64,000 nt of DNA, from the IMG/VR virus record IMGVR_UViG_3300043411_001575, positions 105,659 through 169,658 of that record; one strand, given 5' to 3'. Origin of the DNA: a virus. This document shows positions 16,824 through 26,394 of this stretch, piece after piece. A program made the translations under genes and the position numbers. Under the pieces are notes generated by a model. The model ran no database searches, had not been told where the DNA came from, and saw only the letters and a program-made list of their open reading frames with translations. Within the stretch, counting starts at the first letter, position 1, and the number at the start of each line of letters is the position of its first letter.

Positions 16824-17174
16824 ATGGAACTAAGTAAAGAACAAATCATTGATGATTATAAAAGAAGATTAGAAAATATTTCTGAATTAATCAAAAGTCA
16901 AACACATAATGGAAGTGTTTACGACATACAAAAAAGAGAAAGACTTGTCACTAAGCAATCTGAATATAGAACTTTTATATCAGATTTATCAAAATTAGCT
17001 CCTGCTAAAAATAATACTCAATCTAAAATTGACGAGTATACTGAAATGTTGAATAACATGAAGGAAAATCAATCTAAAGAAATTGACCATCTAAATGATG
17101 AGCAAATTCATTCTTACGAAGAATGTATCAGATTAACAGCAGGTTTCATTAAAACACTAAAAGAATTACTTTAA
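16824..17174 (+). CDS. Hypothetical coiled-coil protein
   Basis: Start MELSKEQ preferred over 16773. Confidence 0.7.
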   Translation: MELSKEQIIDDYKRRLENISELIKSQTHNGSVYDIQKRERLVTKQSEYRTFISDLSKLAPAKNNTQSKIDEYTEMLNNMKENQSKEIDHLNDEQIHSYEECIRLTAGFIKTLKELL

Positions 17175-17235
17175 AAAAATAATCGTTCTTTATAAAAAAT
17201 CAACCCAATTTAAAAACAAAAAAACAAAAACAGTT

Positions 17236-17931
17236 ATGCAAACACAAGCAAACGAAGTTACTTCAAAAAAACAAAACACAGGTAACACAGAAAAAAAAGT
17301 AAACAATGGAGAAGGAGTTAAATTAGCATTTGAAAATGCTATGAATAAACTACCTGAAAAATTAGATGGTCTTTGGGAAAAAGAAGGCGGAAAAAAATTC
17401 CTCAGCCATTTAATGTTCTCCTTCTTGCCAATCAACAGAAAAGAAGTATTTCAAATCGGAAATTTTGATTTACACAAAAAGTACAATGATGTACCTAAGA
17501 TTTGTGCGCTTACAGGATTCGCTGTTGCTGATGTTACTTTTTCAATGGATGAAGTTACAAAAAATCATTTCCAAGAAAAAGGATTGAAAGTTAATAAATT
17601 GGTTTTCAACATCCCTTGTGTTGGTAGTACTGAATCAACAAAAATGGTTTCTACTTTTGCACTAAACATATTTAATGATTGGGTTCTTAAGGCTCTTGGA
17701 GAAGGAGAAACTAAAAAGTCCAATGAGATTAATAAAATCATAACTGCTGCACGAAGAAAAGCAGACGGAACATTCAAGGTTAAAACAGAAGAAGCTCCTA
17801 AGAAGAAAAAAGTAGTATCTGAAAACACTAAGAATTTAGTAGTAGATAATCAAATTGTTGGTGAGCAAAAACCTCAAACCTATACTATGGGTGACAAATT
17901 TGATTTCAGTAAACTAAAATTTAACGATTAA
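17236..17931 (+). CDS. Hypothetical protein
   Basis: 231 aa ORF followed by a terminator. Confidence 0.8.
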   Translation: MQTQANEVTSKKQNTGNTEKKVNNGEGVKLAFENAMNKLPEKLDGLWEKEGGKKFLSHLMFSFLPINRKEVFQIGNFDLHKKYNDVPKICALTGFAVADVTFSMDEVTKNHFQEKGLKVNKLVFNIPCVGSTESTKMVSTFALNIFNDWVLKALGEGETKKSNEINKIITAARRKADGTFKVKTEEAPKKKKVVSENTKNLVVDNQIVGEQKPQTYTMGDKFDFSKLKFND

Positions 17932-17941
17932 AAAAAACAAT

Positions 17942-17972
17942 AATCCCCATTTACAAAAGTAGATGGGGATTT
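17942..17972 (+). terminator. Intrinsic terminator
   Basis: AATCCCCAT...ATGGGGATT hairpin right after the stop codon. Confidence 0.65.
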
Positions 17973-18010
17973 AATTAAAAAAAGTTGGTAAATAATTTAA
18001 TATAAATACC

Positions 18011-18667
18011 ATGAAAGAATTTACATTGTTTTGGTTGAATGGAAAATCCGAATTGATTTCCGCAACTACAATTGAAGAAGCTGTAACATCAATTACTAAA
18101 AAAGGAAGAGTTGTTTATTATCATGAAGGTAATTGCCTAGATGATTATGAGTTTGATAGAAATGATAAATTTTGGTCTCCAAAAGCTAATGTAGAATTTA
18201 ATTTAGAATTTTTTCCATTAGAAATGCAGGAAGGAGCAACCGATAAAAAAGGAAATACAATCCGCTCATTCTTCATTGATGATACAGGAAAGAATAAGCT
18301 TATTGTTAAGCAAAACAATAAACTAATAACACTTACTCTTAAATTAGGAGAAACTAAACCACGCCATATAGGTACTGCTACAAAAAGTACAAGAACTATT
18401 GCTATGGTAAGAACAAGGGATAAACATTTGTTTCGTAAAGGGAATGCTTATGGATTCGGATACTACGTACTAAAAAATCAATCTCTTATTGATTGGGTTA
18501 GATTATCCGACGACTTAGGTAATCATTGGAAAATACCTGTTAGATACATAGTTGAAAAAGGTAAGTTTCTATACTTTAAAAATCAAGGTTTCGAGTTGCA
18601 ACGTTTTGTTTCACTTGAAGCACTTGAACAATTCAGAATTACAGAACGAGAAAATAGAAGATTTTAA
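18011..18667 (+). CDS. Hypothetical protein
   Basis: 218 aa ORF. Confidence 0.78.
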   Translation: MKEFTLFWLNGKSELISATTIEEAVTSITKKGRVVYYHEGNCLDDYEFDRNDKFWSPKANVEFNLEFFPLEMQEGATDKKGNTIRSFFIDDTGKNKLIVKQNNKLITLTLKLGETKPRHIGTATKSTRTIAMVRTRDKHLFRKGNAYGFGYYVLKNQSLIDWVRLSDDLGNHWKIPVRYIVEKGKFLYFKNQGFELQRFVSLEALEQFRITERENRRF

Positions 18668-18679
18668 AATCATAATAAA

Positions 18680-18886
18680 ATGGAAAAGACAAACTACGAA
18701 GTACTTTGGAGAAACGGAATTGAAAATGATATTTTCGAAACTGATGAACCTGTAGATAACGAAACTGTTTTCAAAACGTTTGCTCAAGCTAAGAAAAAAT
18801 TACTCGCTCTACTAAAAAATGAAATCACTGAAGTGAAATTCAGGATTGAAGAGGTAAAGAAAAAAACTAAGGAAAATAACTTTTAA
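18680..18886 (+). CDS. Hypothetical protein
   Basis: 68 aa ORF. Confidence 0.65.
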   Translation: MEKTNYEVLWRNGIENDIFETDEPVDNETVFKTFAQAKKKLLALLKNEITEVKFRIEEVKKKTKENNF

Positions 18887-18898
18887 AAAACGGAAATA

Positions 18899-19126
18899 AT
18901 GGAAGTAGAATTCACAAAAGAAGAAAACAAAATCATGGCTCTCATGTGTAAAGAGCTTTCTGATAGAGAAATTGGAATTAAGTTAAAATTAAAAACAAAG
19001 CTAGTAAACAAAAGAACTGCTGCTTTGATTATTAAGACTAATTCAAAAACACGAGTAGGAGTAGCGTTATATTACTTCAAATCAAAACTTAAAAAAGAAA
19101 ATCCAAAACCAATTATTAATTTATGA
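18899..19126 (+). CDS. LuxR/GerE-type HTH regulator
   Basis: FTKEENKIMALMCKELSDREIGIKL...KTNSKTRVGVALY. Confidence 0.7.
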   Translation: MEVEFTKEENKIMALMCKELSDREIGIKLKLKTKLVNKRTAALIIKTNSKTRVGVALYYFKSKLKKENPKPIINL

Positions 19127-19914
19127 TAATCAAAAATAAAAATCAGGCAGGATTAAACTTCACTGAGTTTCAAAAACAAAGGTTAATAAAAGAAAGATTT
19201 GGTTCTATTGATTCTTTAAATATTGATGAGAATTTAAAAAGAACCTCTAAGGATAGACTAATGAAAACAATAGAAGCAGATGGAAGTAAATTCTACCTGC
19301 TAACTAAAACTGTTTTAGATTTAGCCTCAAGAGTTAAGATTGATTTGAATAATTTTGATTATAAATTTTTGGACACAATCACTGAGAACAAAATAACTTT
19401 CCTTTTGGGAGATAGATTCTATCGTTGGACAAAAACGGAAGGTAAAATAAATGTTCTTTGTGTTGAGCAACAAGAAATACCTGATTACATGAAGGGTGCA
19501 TATCCAATAGGTACGACTCATGATATTTCTTACGTGTTTTTTTCTTTTGATACACATTATGGAGCATTATCTTTTCCTAATAATGCAGTAAAACCATTCA
19601 GTGAAGAAACAGCACTTGAATTCCTTCAGCTTTTAGTTTTCACTGAACTTTCTCCGATTGAAACAAAGTCTATTTTTCCTAATCAAAGTACAGGAACTAG
19701 AAGAGCAGGAAAATACACAAATGATAGCAACTCAAAAGTTATTATTGTTGATTCCACTTGGAATTTAAACATTGTGATAACAGGAGCATTTATTGTAAGT
19801 GGTTTTTTCCGCATGCAGCCATTTGGTGAAAATAATTCAAAAAGAAAATTAATTTGGATTTCTTCATTTAAAAAGAATGGATACACAAGAGGAGCAAAGA
19901 AAATTAATCATTAA
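19123..19914 (+). CDS. Hypothetical phage protein
   Basis: 263 aa; C-terminal VSGFFRMQPFG...RKLIWISSFKK motif. Confidence 0.75.
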   Translation: MIIKNKNQAGLNFTEFQKQRLIKERFGSIDSLNIDENLKRTSKDRLMKTIEADGSKFYLLTKTVLDLASRVKIDLNNFDYKFLDTITENKITFLLGDRFYRWTKTEGKINVLCVEQQEIPDYMKGAYPIGTTHDISYVFFSFDTHYGALSFPNNAVKPFSEETALEFLQLLVFTELSPIETKSIFPNQSTGTRRAGKYTNDSNSKVIIVDSTWNLNIVITGAFIVSGFFRMQPFGENNSKRKLIWISSFKKNGYTRGAKKINH

Positions 19915-19956
19915 AAAAAATGTTCATGGATGTTTTTTTTTATTAAAAAAAAATTG

Positions 19957-19964
19957 TATATTTG
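19957..19964 (+). promoter_or_regulatory. Bacteroidota -7 promoter element upstream of tnpB
   Basis: TATATTTG. Confidence 0.6.
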
Positions 19965-20098
19965 CAATGCGCAATTAATTTTAGTCCATGAAAACCACAA
20001 AAAAATAAATATTTAAAATAAACCTTCAAGCAAGTAGGAATCTTCTCTATCATGGAGTTTTGATTGCGCAAACCTACTTGTAAGAAGGCTCTTTTGCA

Positions 20099-21268
20099 AT
20101 GTTAACCTATAAAAGAAAACTAAAAATAACTAAGGCTCAGGAGGAAAGAATTTCTTCATGGATTGGTGCGTGTCGTTTGGTTTACAATATGGGCTTAGAA
20201 ATTAAAAAAGAAACGTGGAAAAATAAACAGCAAAATGTTTCTGCTTATGATTTATCGAAACAACTTCCCTCAATAAAAGACGTAGAATGGGTAGCTGATG
20301 TTCCTGCTCAATGCCTTCAGAATTCATTGGAACGACTTGATAGGTCATATAAAAACTTCTTCCGTAATTTTAAATCAGGAGGCGGATTTCCAAAATTTAA
20401 ATCAAAAAGAGATTATAAGTCTATGTTGTTTAAACAAGGTGATTTAAATGCAAAGACACCTTTAATAACTCTTAGTAAAAACAAAATAAAACTTCCTAAG
20501 CTTGGTGAGGTATCATTTTTCAAAGATAAATCACCGATTATAGGTAAAATAAAAACAGTAACAATAAAGATAGAACCAACAGGATTTTTCTTGTACATTG
20601 TCTGTGACGGAGTTAGTAAAAGCATCTCAAACCCTGACGAAAGCCAAGTCATAGGGATTGACATGGGAGTAGCTAACTTCTGTTCAGACAGCAACGGAAA
20701 CTTCATCGAAAACCCAAGACACTTCAATAAATATGAAGATAGGCTTCGTATTGAAAATAGGAGTTTAGCTAGAAAAAAAAGAGGAAGTAACCGTTGGAAA
20801 AAACAAGCGAAAAAGCTATCACTTTTGCATCACAAAATATCTAATATTAGGAAGGATTTTTTGCATAAAGAATCCACCAAAATGGCTAAAAATTTCCATA
20901 CTATTTATTTGGAAGATTTGAATATTTCGAATATGTCGAAACGTCCAAAACCAAAGCAGGATGAGAATGGTAAGTTTATTCTAAATGGTTCTTCTGCAAA
21001 ATCAGGATTAAACAAATCAATCCTAGATGCAGGTTGGGGAATGTTTAGGGATATGCTCGAATACAAAACAAATGTAGTTCGAGTAGACCCAAAATACACC
21101 TCTCAAAAGTGCAACGAATGTGGCGAAAAAGATTCAAAGAATAGGTTATCACAAAGCGAATTTGTTTGTTTAAGCTGCGGTCACATCAGTCATGCTGATA
21201 CAAATGCAGCGAAAAATATTTTGAGCAAGGGCATTGCTCTCAATCGTGAACGTAAGGCACTAGTCTAA
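20099..21268 (+). CDS. tnpB: RNA-guided endonuclease TnpB (IS200/IS605 family, no tnpA)
   Basis: N-terminal HTH (YKRKLK...GACRLVYN), GFPKFK, RuvC-I GIDMG, RuvC-II LEDL, zinc finger CNECG/CLSCG, RuvC-III HADTNAAKNI. Confidence 0.93.
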   Translation: MLTYKRKLKITKAQEERISSWIGACRLVYNMGLEIKKETWKNKQQNVSAYDLSKQLPSIKDVEWVADVPAQCLQNSLERLDRSYKNFFRNFKSGGGFPKFKSKRDYKSMLFKQGDLNAKTPLITLSKNKIKLPKLGEVSFFKDKSPIIGKIKTVTIKIEPTGFFLYIVCDGVSKSISNPDESQVIGIDMGVANFCSDSNGNFIENPRHFNKYEDRLRIENRSLARKKRGSNRWKKQAKKLSLLHHKISNIRKDFLHKESTKMAKNFHTIYLEDLNISNMSKRPKPKQDENGKFILNGSSAKSGLNKSILDAGWGMFRDMLEYKTNVVRVDPKYTSQKCNECGEKDSKNRLSQSEFVCLSCGHISHADTNAAKNILSKGIALNRERKALV

Positions 21269-21334
21269 GCGTTGGTTGAATAACCTCGTTTCCTTTAGGT
21301 TCGAGGTAGTTCACAGCCTGTATCCAAGTTGAAA
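21200..21334 (+). ncRNA. Putative omegaRNA/reRNA: tnpB 3' end, right-end hairpin and flanking guide
   Basis: ACCTCG/CGAGGT hairpin at 21283-21307, then TTCAC at 21310-21314; boundaries inferred from IS200/IS605 organisation. Confidence 0.55.
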
Positions 21335-21527
21335 TAGGCTCTGATTTAGTTGTAATGACCAAAGAAGAGCTTGAAAAAAACAGGATGGATTTTCATCTTT
21401 CTATGGAAGGAACAGGTGATTGGAATTCTTGGCAATAGCCAAGCCAATCGCATGAAAAGTTTTAAACAAAATTCTATAATAATAAAATTAGTTGTATTTT
21501 TACAACTCATGGTCAAATACTAAAAAA

Positions 21528-22253
21528 ATGGAAAAAGAAAACGTAATTATCCCTCAGTTGGATATGCAAAAGCTTCAGGACGAGGCTAACAAATTCGCAA
21601 TGCAAGGTGCTGTTAAAAGCATAGAAGAGTTCTATAGCGGATATAATTCACCCTACAGAAAAGCATTGGAAGAAAAATTAATCAAAACAGAAATCGGAGC
21701 TAATTTTGATTTGCCAAATATTATCGCTGCAATAAATGATTCTCTTTCAAAAGAAATTGATGCAATTGCAAACACAGCCATCTCGAAAACTTTTATTCCA
21801 TTAGTACATAAGTTTCTAACTCGTGAGAAAAAAGAAATTAATTTTTCTGATGTTCTTAAGGAGTTTATTGAAGCTACTGACTCTAAAGATATGGATGATT
21901 GTTCAGTTGAAATCGTAAAAAATGATAGACACGATTGGCTAGATTTAACTCTATATGGATGTAAAGAAAAACAGTACCGATTAACATTACACTCTGACTA
22001 TCGTAGCCGACAAGAGCAAGTTAAAAAATATCAATTTCTTTCCCTTCCAAATAACTACAATGACTACAAACAAACTATGAAGTTATCAATAGAAGGTGGA
22101 ACTTTAGAACTTCCTTTCACAAGAGATATTTTGCACGATGATTTTGTTTCTTATATAGCTAGATTAATCATGGCAGGCTCATTGATTACTATGGATTGCA
22201 CTGATTTTAATGAGGATATGTTCCCTAGAGAAGATGAGTGTCATTGTAATTAA
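21528..22253 (+). CDS. Hypothetical protein
   Basis: Start MEKENVII after an A-run (ORF track starts at 21492). Confidence 0.8.
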   Translation: MEKENVIIPQLDMQKLQDEANKFAMQGAVKSIEEFYSGYNSPYRKALEEKLIKTEIGANFDLPNIIAAINDSLSKEIDAIANTAISKTFIPLVHKFLTREKKEINFSDVLKEFIEATDSKDMDDCSVEIVKNDRHDWLDLTLYGCKEKQYRLTLHSDYRSRQEQVKKYQFLSLPNNYNDYKQTMKLSIEGGTLELPFTRDILHDDFVSYIARLIMAGSLITMDCTDFNEDMFPREDECHCN

Positions 22254-22264
22254 AGAAAACAAAC

Positions 22265-22585
22265 ATGTATTCACAAAAAACAGTTAAAACATTAAAGCCT
22301 GAATGGTACTTGAAACTTTCACAAAAAGAAAAAATGGAAAGCCAAAAGTTATTAATAGAAACAAGAAATGTAATGTGGAATAATAAACCTCCTATTATTA
22401 AAAGTGGAACTTTCTTGACATCTAAAAAAGGTGGAAACTCAGTAACTAAAGGAAAAAAATATGCTATTCAAAACCATTTTTGTACATTAGTTACAACCAT
22501 ATATGATTCAAATTGGAATCAGTTCGTAACTATTAAAAATGATGTTGGATTTACTGTAAAAATGAACTTAAATAATTTCGAATAA
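22265..22585 (+). CDS. Hypothetical protein
   Basis: 106 aa ORF. Confidence 0.7.
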   Translation: MYSQKTVKTLKPEWYLKLSQKEKMESQKLLIETRNVMWNNKPPIIKSGTFLTSKKGGNSVTKGKKYAIQNHFCTLVTTIYDSNWNQFVTIKNDVGFTVKMNLNNFE

Positions 22586-22586
22586 A

Positions 22587-22847
22587 ATGAGCATGAAAAG
22601 TAAATTCGGAGCGTTAGGCATGTTAGCGGCTATGGTAGCTATGGGTAGTGATACACCCTACGATTACAGCGAACCAATTAAACATAAAGAAACAGAAGAA
22701 GAGCGCAAAAAGAGATTATCCGAAGCGGAAATTAAAACAAAAAAAGCTAATGGATTGAAGGAATTTTTTTATGGCGAAAATAGCTTGTTTGCACTGAATC
22801 AAAAGTCTGCTGATAAAAAAGCAAGAAAGCTAAATTGGATAAAATAA
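22587..22847 (+). CDS. Hypothetical protein
   Basis: 86 aa ORF; GLKEFFYGENSLFALNQKSADKKA. Confidence 0.72.
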   Translation: MSMKSKFGALGMLAAMVAMGSDTPYDYSEPIKHKETEEERKKRLSEAEIKTKKANGLKEFFYGENSLFALNQKSADKKARKLNWIK

Positions 22848-22850
22848 AAA

Positions 22851-22878
22851 GGGTGTGACCGAAACCACACCCAATTTT
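22851..22878 (+). terminator. Intrinsic terminator
   Basis: GGGTGTG...CACACCC hairpin followed by AATTTT. Confidence 0.55.
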
Positions 22879-23045
22879 AAATACATCTTAAAACAGCAAA
22901 AAGACGCATTCGTAACAGCGAGATAAAGGTAATTAGTTGTATTGGTTTTTCATTGAAAAATAAATAGATAATAATCCTAGATTGCAACACTTTTTTTTGT
23001 TAACTTAGTGCCTTCGTAAAATCGGTCAAATTTTAAATTAAAATT

Positions 23046-23987
23046 ATGGAACAGAAAGTTATTATTACACAGTCAATGATGAAAGAATACCAAGAGTATC
23101 ATCTTGGAAATGCTTGTGGATTAGTATTTGTAGAAAAATACATTAACAAAAGATATGATTTATTTCCACCATCTGATTCAATGCAGGTGGGAAATTGGTT
23201 TGAATATCAGTGCTTGGGAGCAACAACAAAAAGTGATTTAATTCCTCAACCTGAGAAAACAAAATCAGGTGAGTTAACAGCTCCTTACAAGCGTATGCAA
23301 TCCCATATAAACAATTTCAAACTTTTCATGACTCAGTATGGAATTGAAATCGTAAGTGTTCAAGAAAAACTAAAGGTAGGTGAAACCATAATTGAAATAG
23401 AAGATAAAAATACAGGGGAAATAGTTCCATTTAACATTGATGGTCTTGAAGGCACTACAGATGCTATTTGCAGAGCAACAAAAGATATTTATGGGTTTTA
23501 TGACACCAAAGATGAAGGTAACAAAAGAGTAATTAAAACTGATGAATCTGTTATTATAAAAGCAGGAGAAAAGTTCATCATGGACGTAAAAACGAGTGGG
23601 CTACTTTCGGATAAATTTTCGGACTTTGGATGGCATTTAGACTATCTTTCAGGTAAAGAGAAAATAATCAGGCAACCAATCCATTACAAGTATGTGAGTG
23701 AATTAATTTATGGAAAGCAATATCCTTTTTTATTCTTACTATTCAGCCAAACAAACGAGTACGACTTCCGTTCTATTCTATTTAATATTGATGAAGACCA
23801 ACATATTAAAGAACACAAAGAAAGAATTGTATGGACTAATAAATGGATTAAATACCATCTTAAAAAAGGATTCAAAGCTAATCCTGATGTTGTAAGATGT
23901 CATGATTGCCCATTAAAAGTAGGATGTAAACATTTTGCAGCAGTCCCGAAGATTCAGATATTTTATTATCAGCCACAGACCACCTAA
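23046..23987 (+). CDS. Cas4/AddB-like PD-(D/E)XK exonuclease
   Basis: GTTD and MDVKTS nuclease motifs; N-terminal Cys plus C-terminal CxxC-x5-C (Fe-S cluster pattern). Confidence 0.7.
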   Translation: MEQKVIITQSMMKEYQEYHLGNACGLVFVEKYINKRYDLFPPSDSMQVGNWFEYQCLGATTKSDLIPQPEKTKSGELTAPYKRMQSHINNFKLFMTQYGIEIVSVQEKLKVGETIIEIEDKNTGEIVPFNIDGLEGTTDAICRATKDIYGFYDTKDEGNKRVIKTDESVIIKAGEKFIMDVKTSGLLSDKFSDFGWHLDYLSGKEKIIRQPIHYKYVSELIYGKQYPFLFLLFSQTNEYDFRSILFNIDEDQHIKEHKERIVWTNKWIKYHLKKGFKANPDVVRCHDCPLKVGCKHFAAVPKIQIFYYQPQTT

Positions 23988-24007
23988 TTTAACGTGTTAA
24001 TAACTTT

Positions 24008-24041
24008 TTTGCGTGTAATATCAAAAATGTTATTATATTTG
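24008..24041 (+). promoter_or_regulatory. Bacteroidota sigma70-type promoter
   Basis: TTTG 24008-24011, TATATTTG 24034-24041. Confidence 0.65.
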
Positions 24042-24082
24042 CAATGGTCAAATACTAAAATTCAATTTTAAAATTCAAATAG

Positions 24083-24418
24083 ATGAAAAAATTTAACGAG
24101 AAAATACAAGCGCAATTTTCAAAAATGTGCGCAACAGGAAAATTATTTAGAGTTGACTTAAGTGGTCAACAAGTATGGGATTTGTACTTAAAATCATTTG
24201 ATAATGACCCAACATTCCGTGACCCTAATAGCTCTACGCATGCATGTAACACCTGTAATAACTTCATCAGAAGATACGGGAATATCGTATCTATTGATGA
24301 GAATTACAAAACAATGACAATATTTGATGTAGATGCAGAAGATGAATTCATCCCTGTAGCAAAAGCATTGTCAGAAGCACTTAAAAAATCTACTCACCAT
24401 AAGGGTTTAAATAATTAA
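24083..24418 (+). CDS. Hypothetical protein, possibly an N-terminal fragment of a longer phage protein
   Basis: WDLYLKSF...HACNTCNNFIRRYGNIV motif, abrupt end. Confidence 0.6.
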   Translation: MKKFNEKIQAQFSKMCATGKLFRVDLSGQQVWDLYLKSFDNDPTFRDPNSSTHACNTCNNFIRRYGNIVSIDENYKTMTIFDVDAEDEFIPVAKALSEALKKSTHHKGLNN

Positions 24419-24428
24419 AATTAAAAAA

Positions 24429-25892
24429 ATGGCAAAGAATAACAGCAAACAAGAAGCAGACCTTTTTGAAAACACAGCATTTGGTACTTTCGAAACAGAA
24501 GGAGAAAACAAACCGCAGGATAATGAAATATTGAAAGCGGAAGATATTTTCGGTTCAGAAGAACAACCAAATGCATTCATGTCAAATGACACAAGCATAT
24601 TTGATTCAGAGCCTCCTGAAATTGAAGAAACAGAAGAATTCGTTGGAAACGAAGATGAAAAAAAGGAAAATATTACTGAAGAAGTAAAAATAGAGTCTTC
24701 AAATAAATCTACCGCTGCTCCTATCATTCAGTCATCTGAACAAGTTACATCTGCACTAAAAAAAGATTCTATTCAAATTTTCGAGCTACAGAGTAAACCT
24801 CTAATTGAAAAAGCTGCGAAAATAATTTCCATAAGTACTGACGAAGACAATACATCCGCACGTACAATAGGAAAAGAACTTGCTGACCTTAAAACAAAAG
24901 TTAATGCAGAAAAATTAGCTAGAAACAAACCTCTTAAAATAGAGATGGATTCTAATATTGAGAAAGCAAAAAAAATAATAGAACCTATTGAATCACAAAT
25001 TGACAGAGTTAAAATATTAATCACAAATTACGAGCTTGAAAAAGAACGTAAAAGAAAAGATGAAATCGCTAAGATAGAAGCAGAGAAGAAAGAGCGAGAA
25101 GAAAAAGAAAGATTAAACAATGAGCGTATTGCAAAGATACGTTTAGAGATTCAAAAATTAAGAGAATTATCTTCTAAAAGCATTGGAGATACAAAAACAC
25201 TTGCTGACTTATTGAAGATTGAAACTAATATGGCTACTTGGAAGCCAAAACAAGAGTATTTCATGGAGTTTTTTGATGAAGTTGATATTACACTAAGAAA
25301 CGAAATAAAATCTCTTATTGAAGCTAAAAAACCTATTCTTATCGAATTAGATGAGCAAAGAGATAAAGCTGCCAAATTAGAAGAAAAAAACAAAGATGCT
25401 GCCGATAGAGAGAGAAAATTAATTGAAGAAAAACTAGAGGCGGAAAAAAAGAAAAAAGAACAGGAAGACGCTATAAAAAAGGCTCAGGAAGAAACTGAGG
25501 AAATGAATGCTAAAAATGAAATTACAGTTCTTGTAGCATCATTAGGCATTAAGGATTTTGAGCCTTACATCGAAAATATTTTAAAGAAGTATGGAAACTA
25601 CCGAACTGCATCTGAATCTCGTGAAAAAATAATTGAATCATTCCAAGAGGAGCAAGAAGAGAAAAGAAAAAAAGCTATTCTTGATGCTCAAAAAATGAAG
25701 AATCAACGTGTAGATTATGACTTTGAAATAATTGATGCATCTAAAGTCCCACTTCAATATTGGAGCGTAGATGAATCAAAAATTAAAAAAGCAATCCAAG
25801 AAGCTAGGGTTTTACTTGAAAAAGATGTAAATTCGTTCAAAATTGATGGTATTGAAATTACTTCAACAACAAAAACAGTTTTAAAAAAGTAA
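24429..25892 (+). CDS. Coiled-coil protein of the recombination module (Gp157/Gam-like C-terminus)
   Basis: Acidic N-terminus, long E/K heptad region, C-terminal FEIIDASKVPLQYWSVDESKIK...IDGIEI. Confidence 0.65.
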   Translation: MAKNNSKQEADLFENTAFGTFETEGENKPQDNEILKAEDIFGSEEQPNAFMSNDTSIFDSEPPEIEETEEFVGNEDEKKENITEEVKIESSNKSTAAPIIQSSEQVTSALKKDSIQIFELQSKPLIEKAAKIISISTDEDNTSARTIGKELADLKTKVNAEKLARNKPLKIEMDSNIEKAKKIIEPIESQIDRVKILITNYELEKERKRKDEIAKIEAEKKEREEKERLNNERIAKIRLEIQKLRELSSKSIGDTKTLADLLKIETNMATWKPKQEYFMEFFDEVDITLRNEIKSLIEAKKPILIELDEQRDKAAKLEEKNKDAADRERKLIEEKLEAEKKKKEQEDAIKKAQEETEEMNAKNEITVLVASLGIKDFEPYIENILKKYGNYRTASESREKIIESFQEEQEEKRKKAILDAQKMKNQRVDYDFEIIDASKVPLQYWSVDESKIKKAIQEARVLLEKDVNSFKIDGIEITSTTKTVLKK

Positions 25893-26150
25893 ATGCTACC
25901 TGTACTTCTTAAAGATAAGATAAGAGAAAAGTTAGTTAAAGATGCTGTTAAAGATTTACAAAGATGGATGTTTCCTAAAGTAAATAATATAAACATCTTT
26001 ACTGATATAACATATGCTTATTTTTTCGAAAGAATTTTAGAGAAACAAATAGGAAAAAACGACCAAATTGATTTGGTAATAACAGGAATAAGGTATGAGC
26101 TATTTGATTTACATAACTCAAACAAACAAGTAAAAATTAAAAGAAGATGA
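25893..26150 (+). CDS. Hypothetical protein
   Basis: 85 aa ORF coupled to its neighbours. Confidence 0.65.
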   Translation: MLPVLLKDKIREKLVKDAVKDLQRWMFPKVNNINIFTDITYAYFFERILEKQIGKNDQIDLVITGIRYELFDLHNSNKQVKIKRR

Positions 26151-26389
26151 AGGCAGAGGAATTTAATAATAAGTGGAAGGACTACATCGAAGAAGGATTC
26201 GGAGGTTCTGAAACTGATAACGAAGATGTAAACAGTTATTTAGATTCTCAATTCACAAAAGAAATTGCAGTTAATCCTGATTTCAAATTTAATCAGATTA
26301 AATGGAAGTTTGGCTCAATTAGAATCTATGCAAATAGCGACAAAACTTCTGATTGGGAAAATAATATTAATGCTAATTTAAAGATTTAA
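26147..26389 (+). CDS. Hypothetical phage protein
   Basis: QIKWKFGSIRIY motif (QxKxKFGxLRxY family). Confidence 0.7.
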   Translation: MKAEEFNNKWKDYIEEGFGGSETDNEDVNSYLDSQFTKEIAVNPDFKFNQIKWKFGSIRIYANSDKTSDWENNINANLKI

Positions 26390-26394
26390 ATAAA

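Noticed and set aside
20099-23987. Type V CRISPR-Cas (Cas12f plus Cas4)
   Set aside because: No array, cas1 or cas2; TnpB has an IS-type right end and the Cas4-like gene sits in the phage recombination module.
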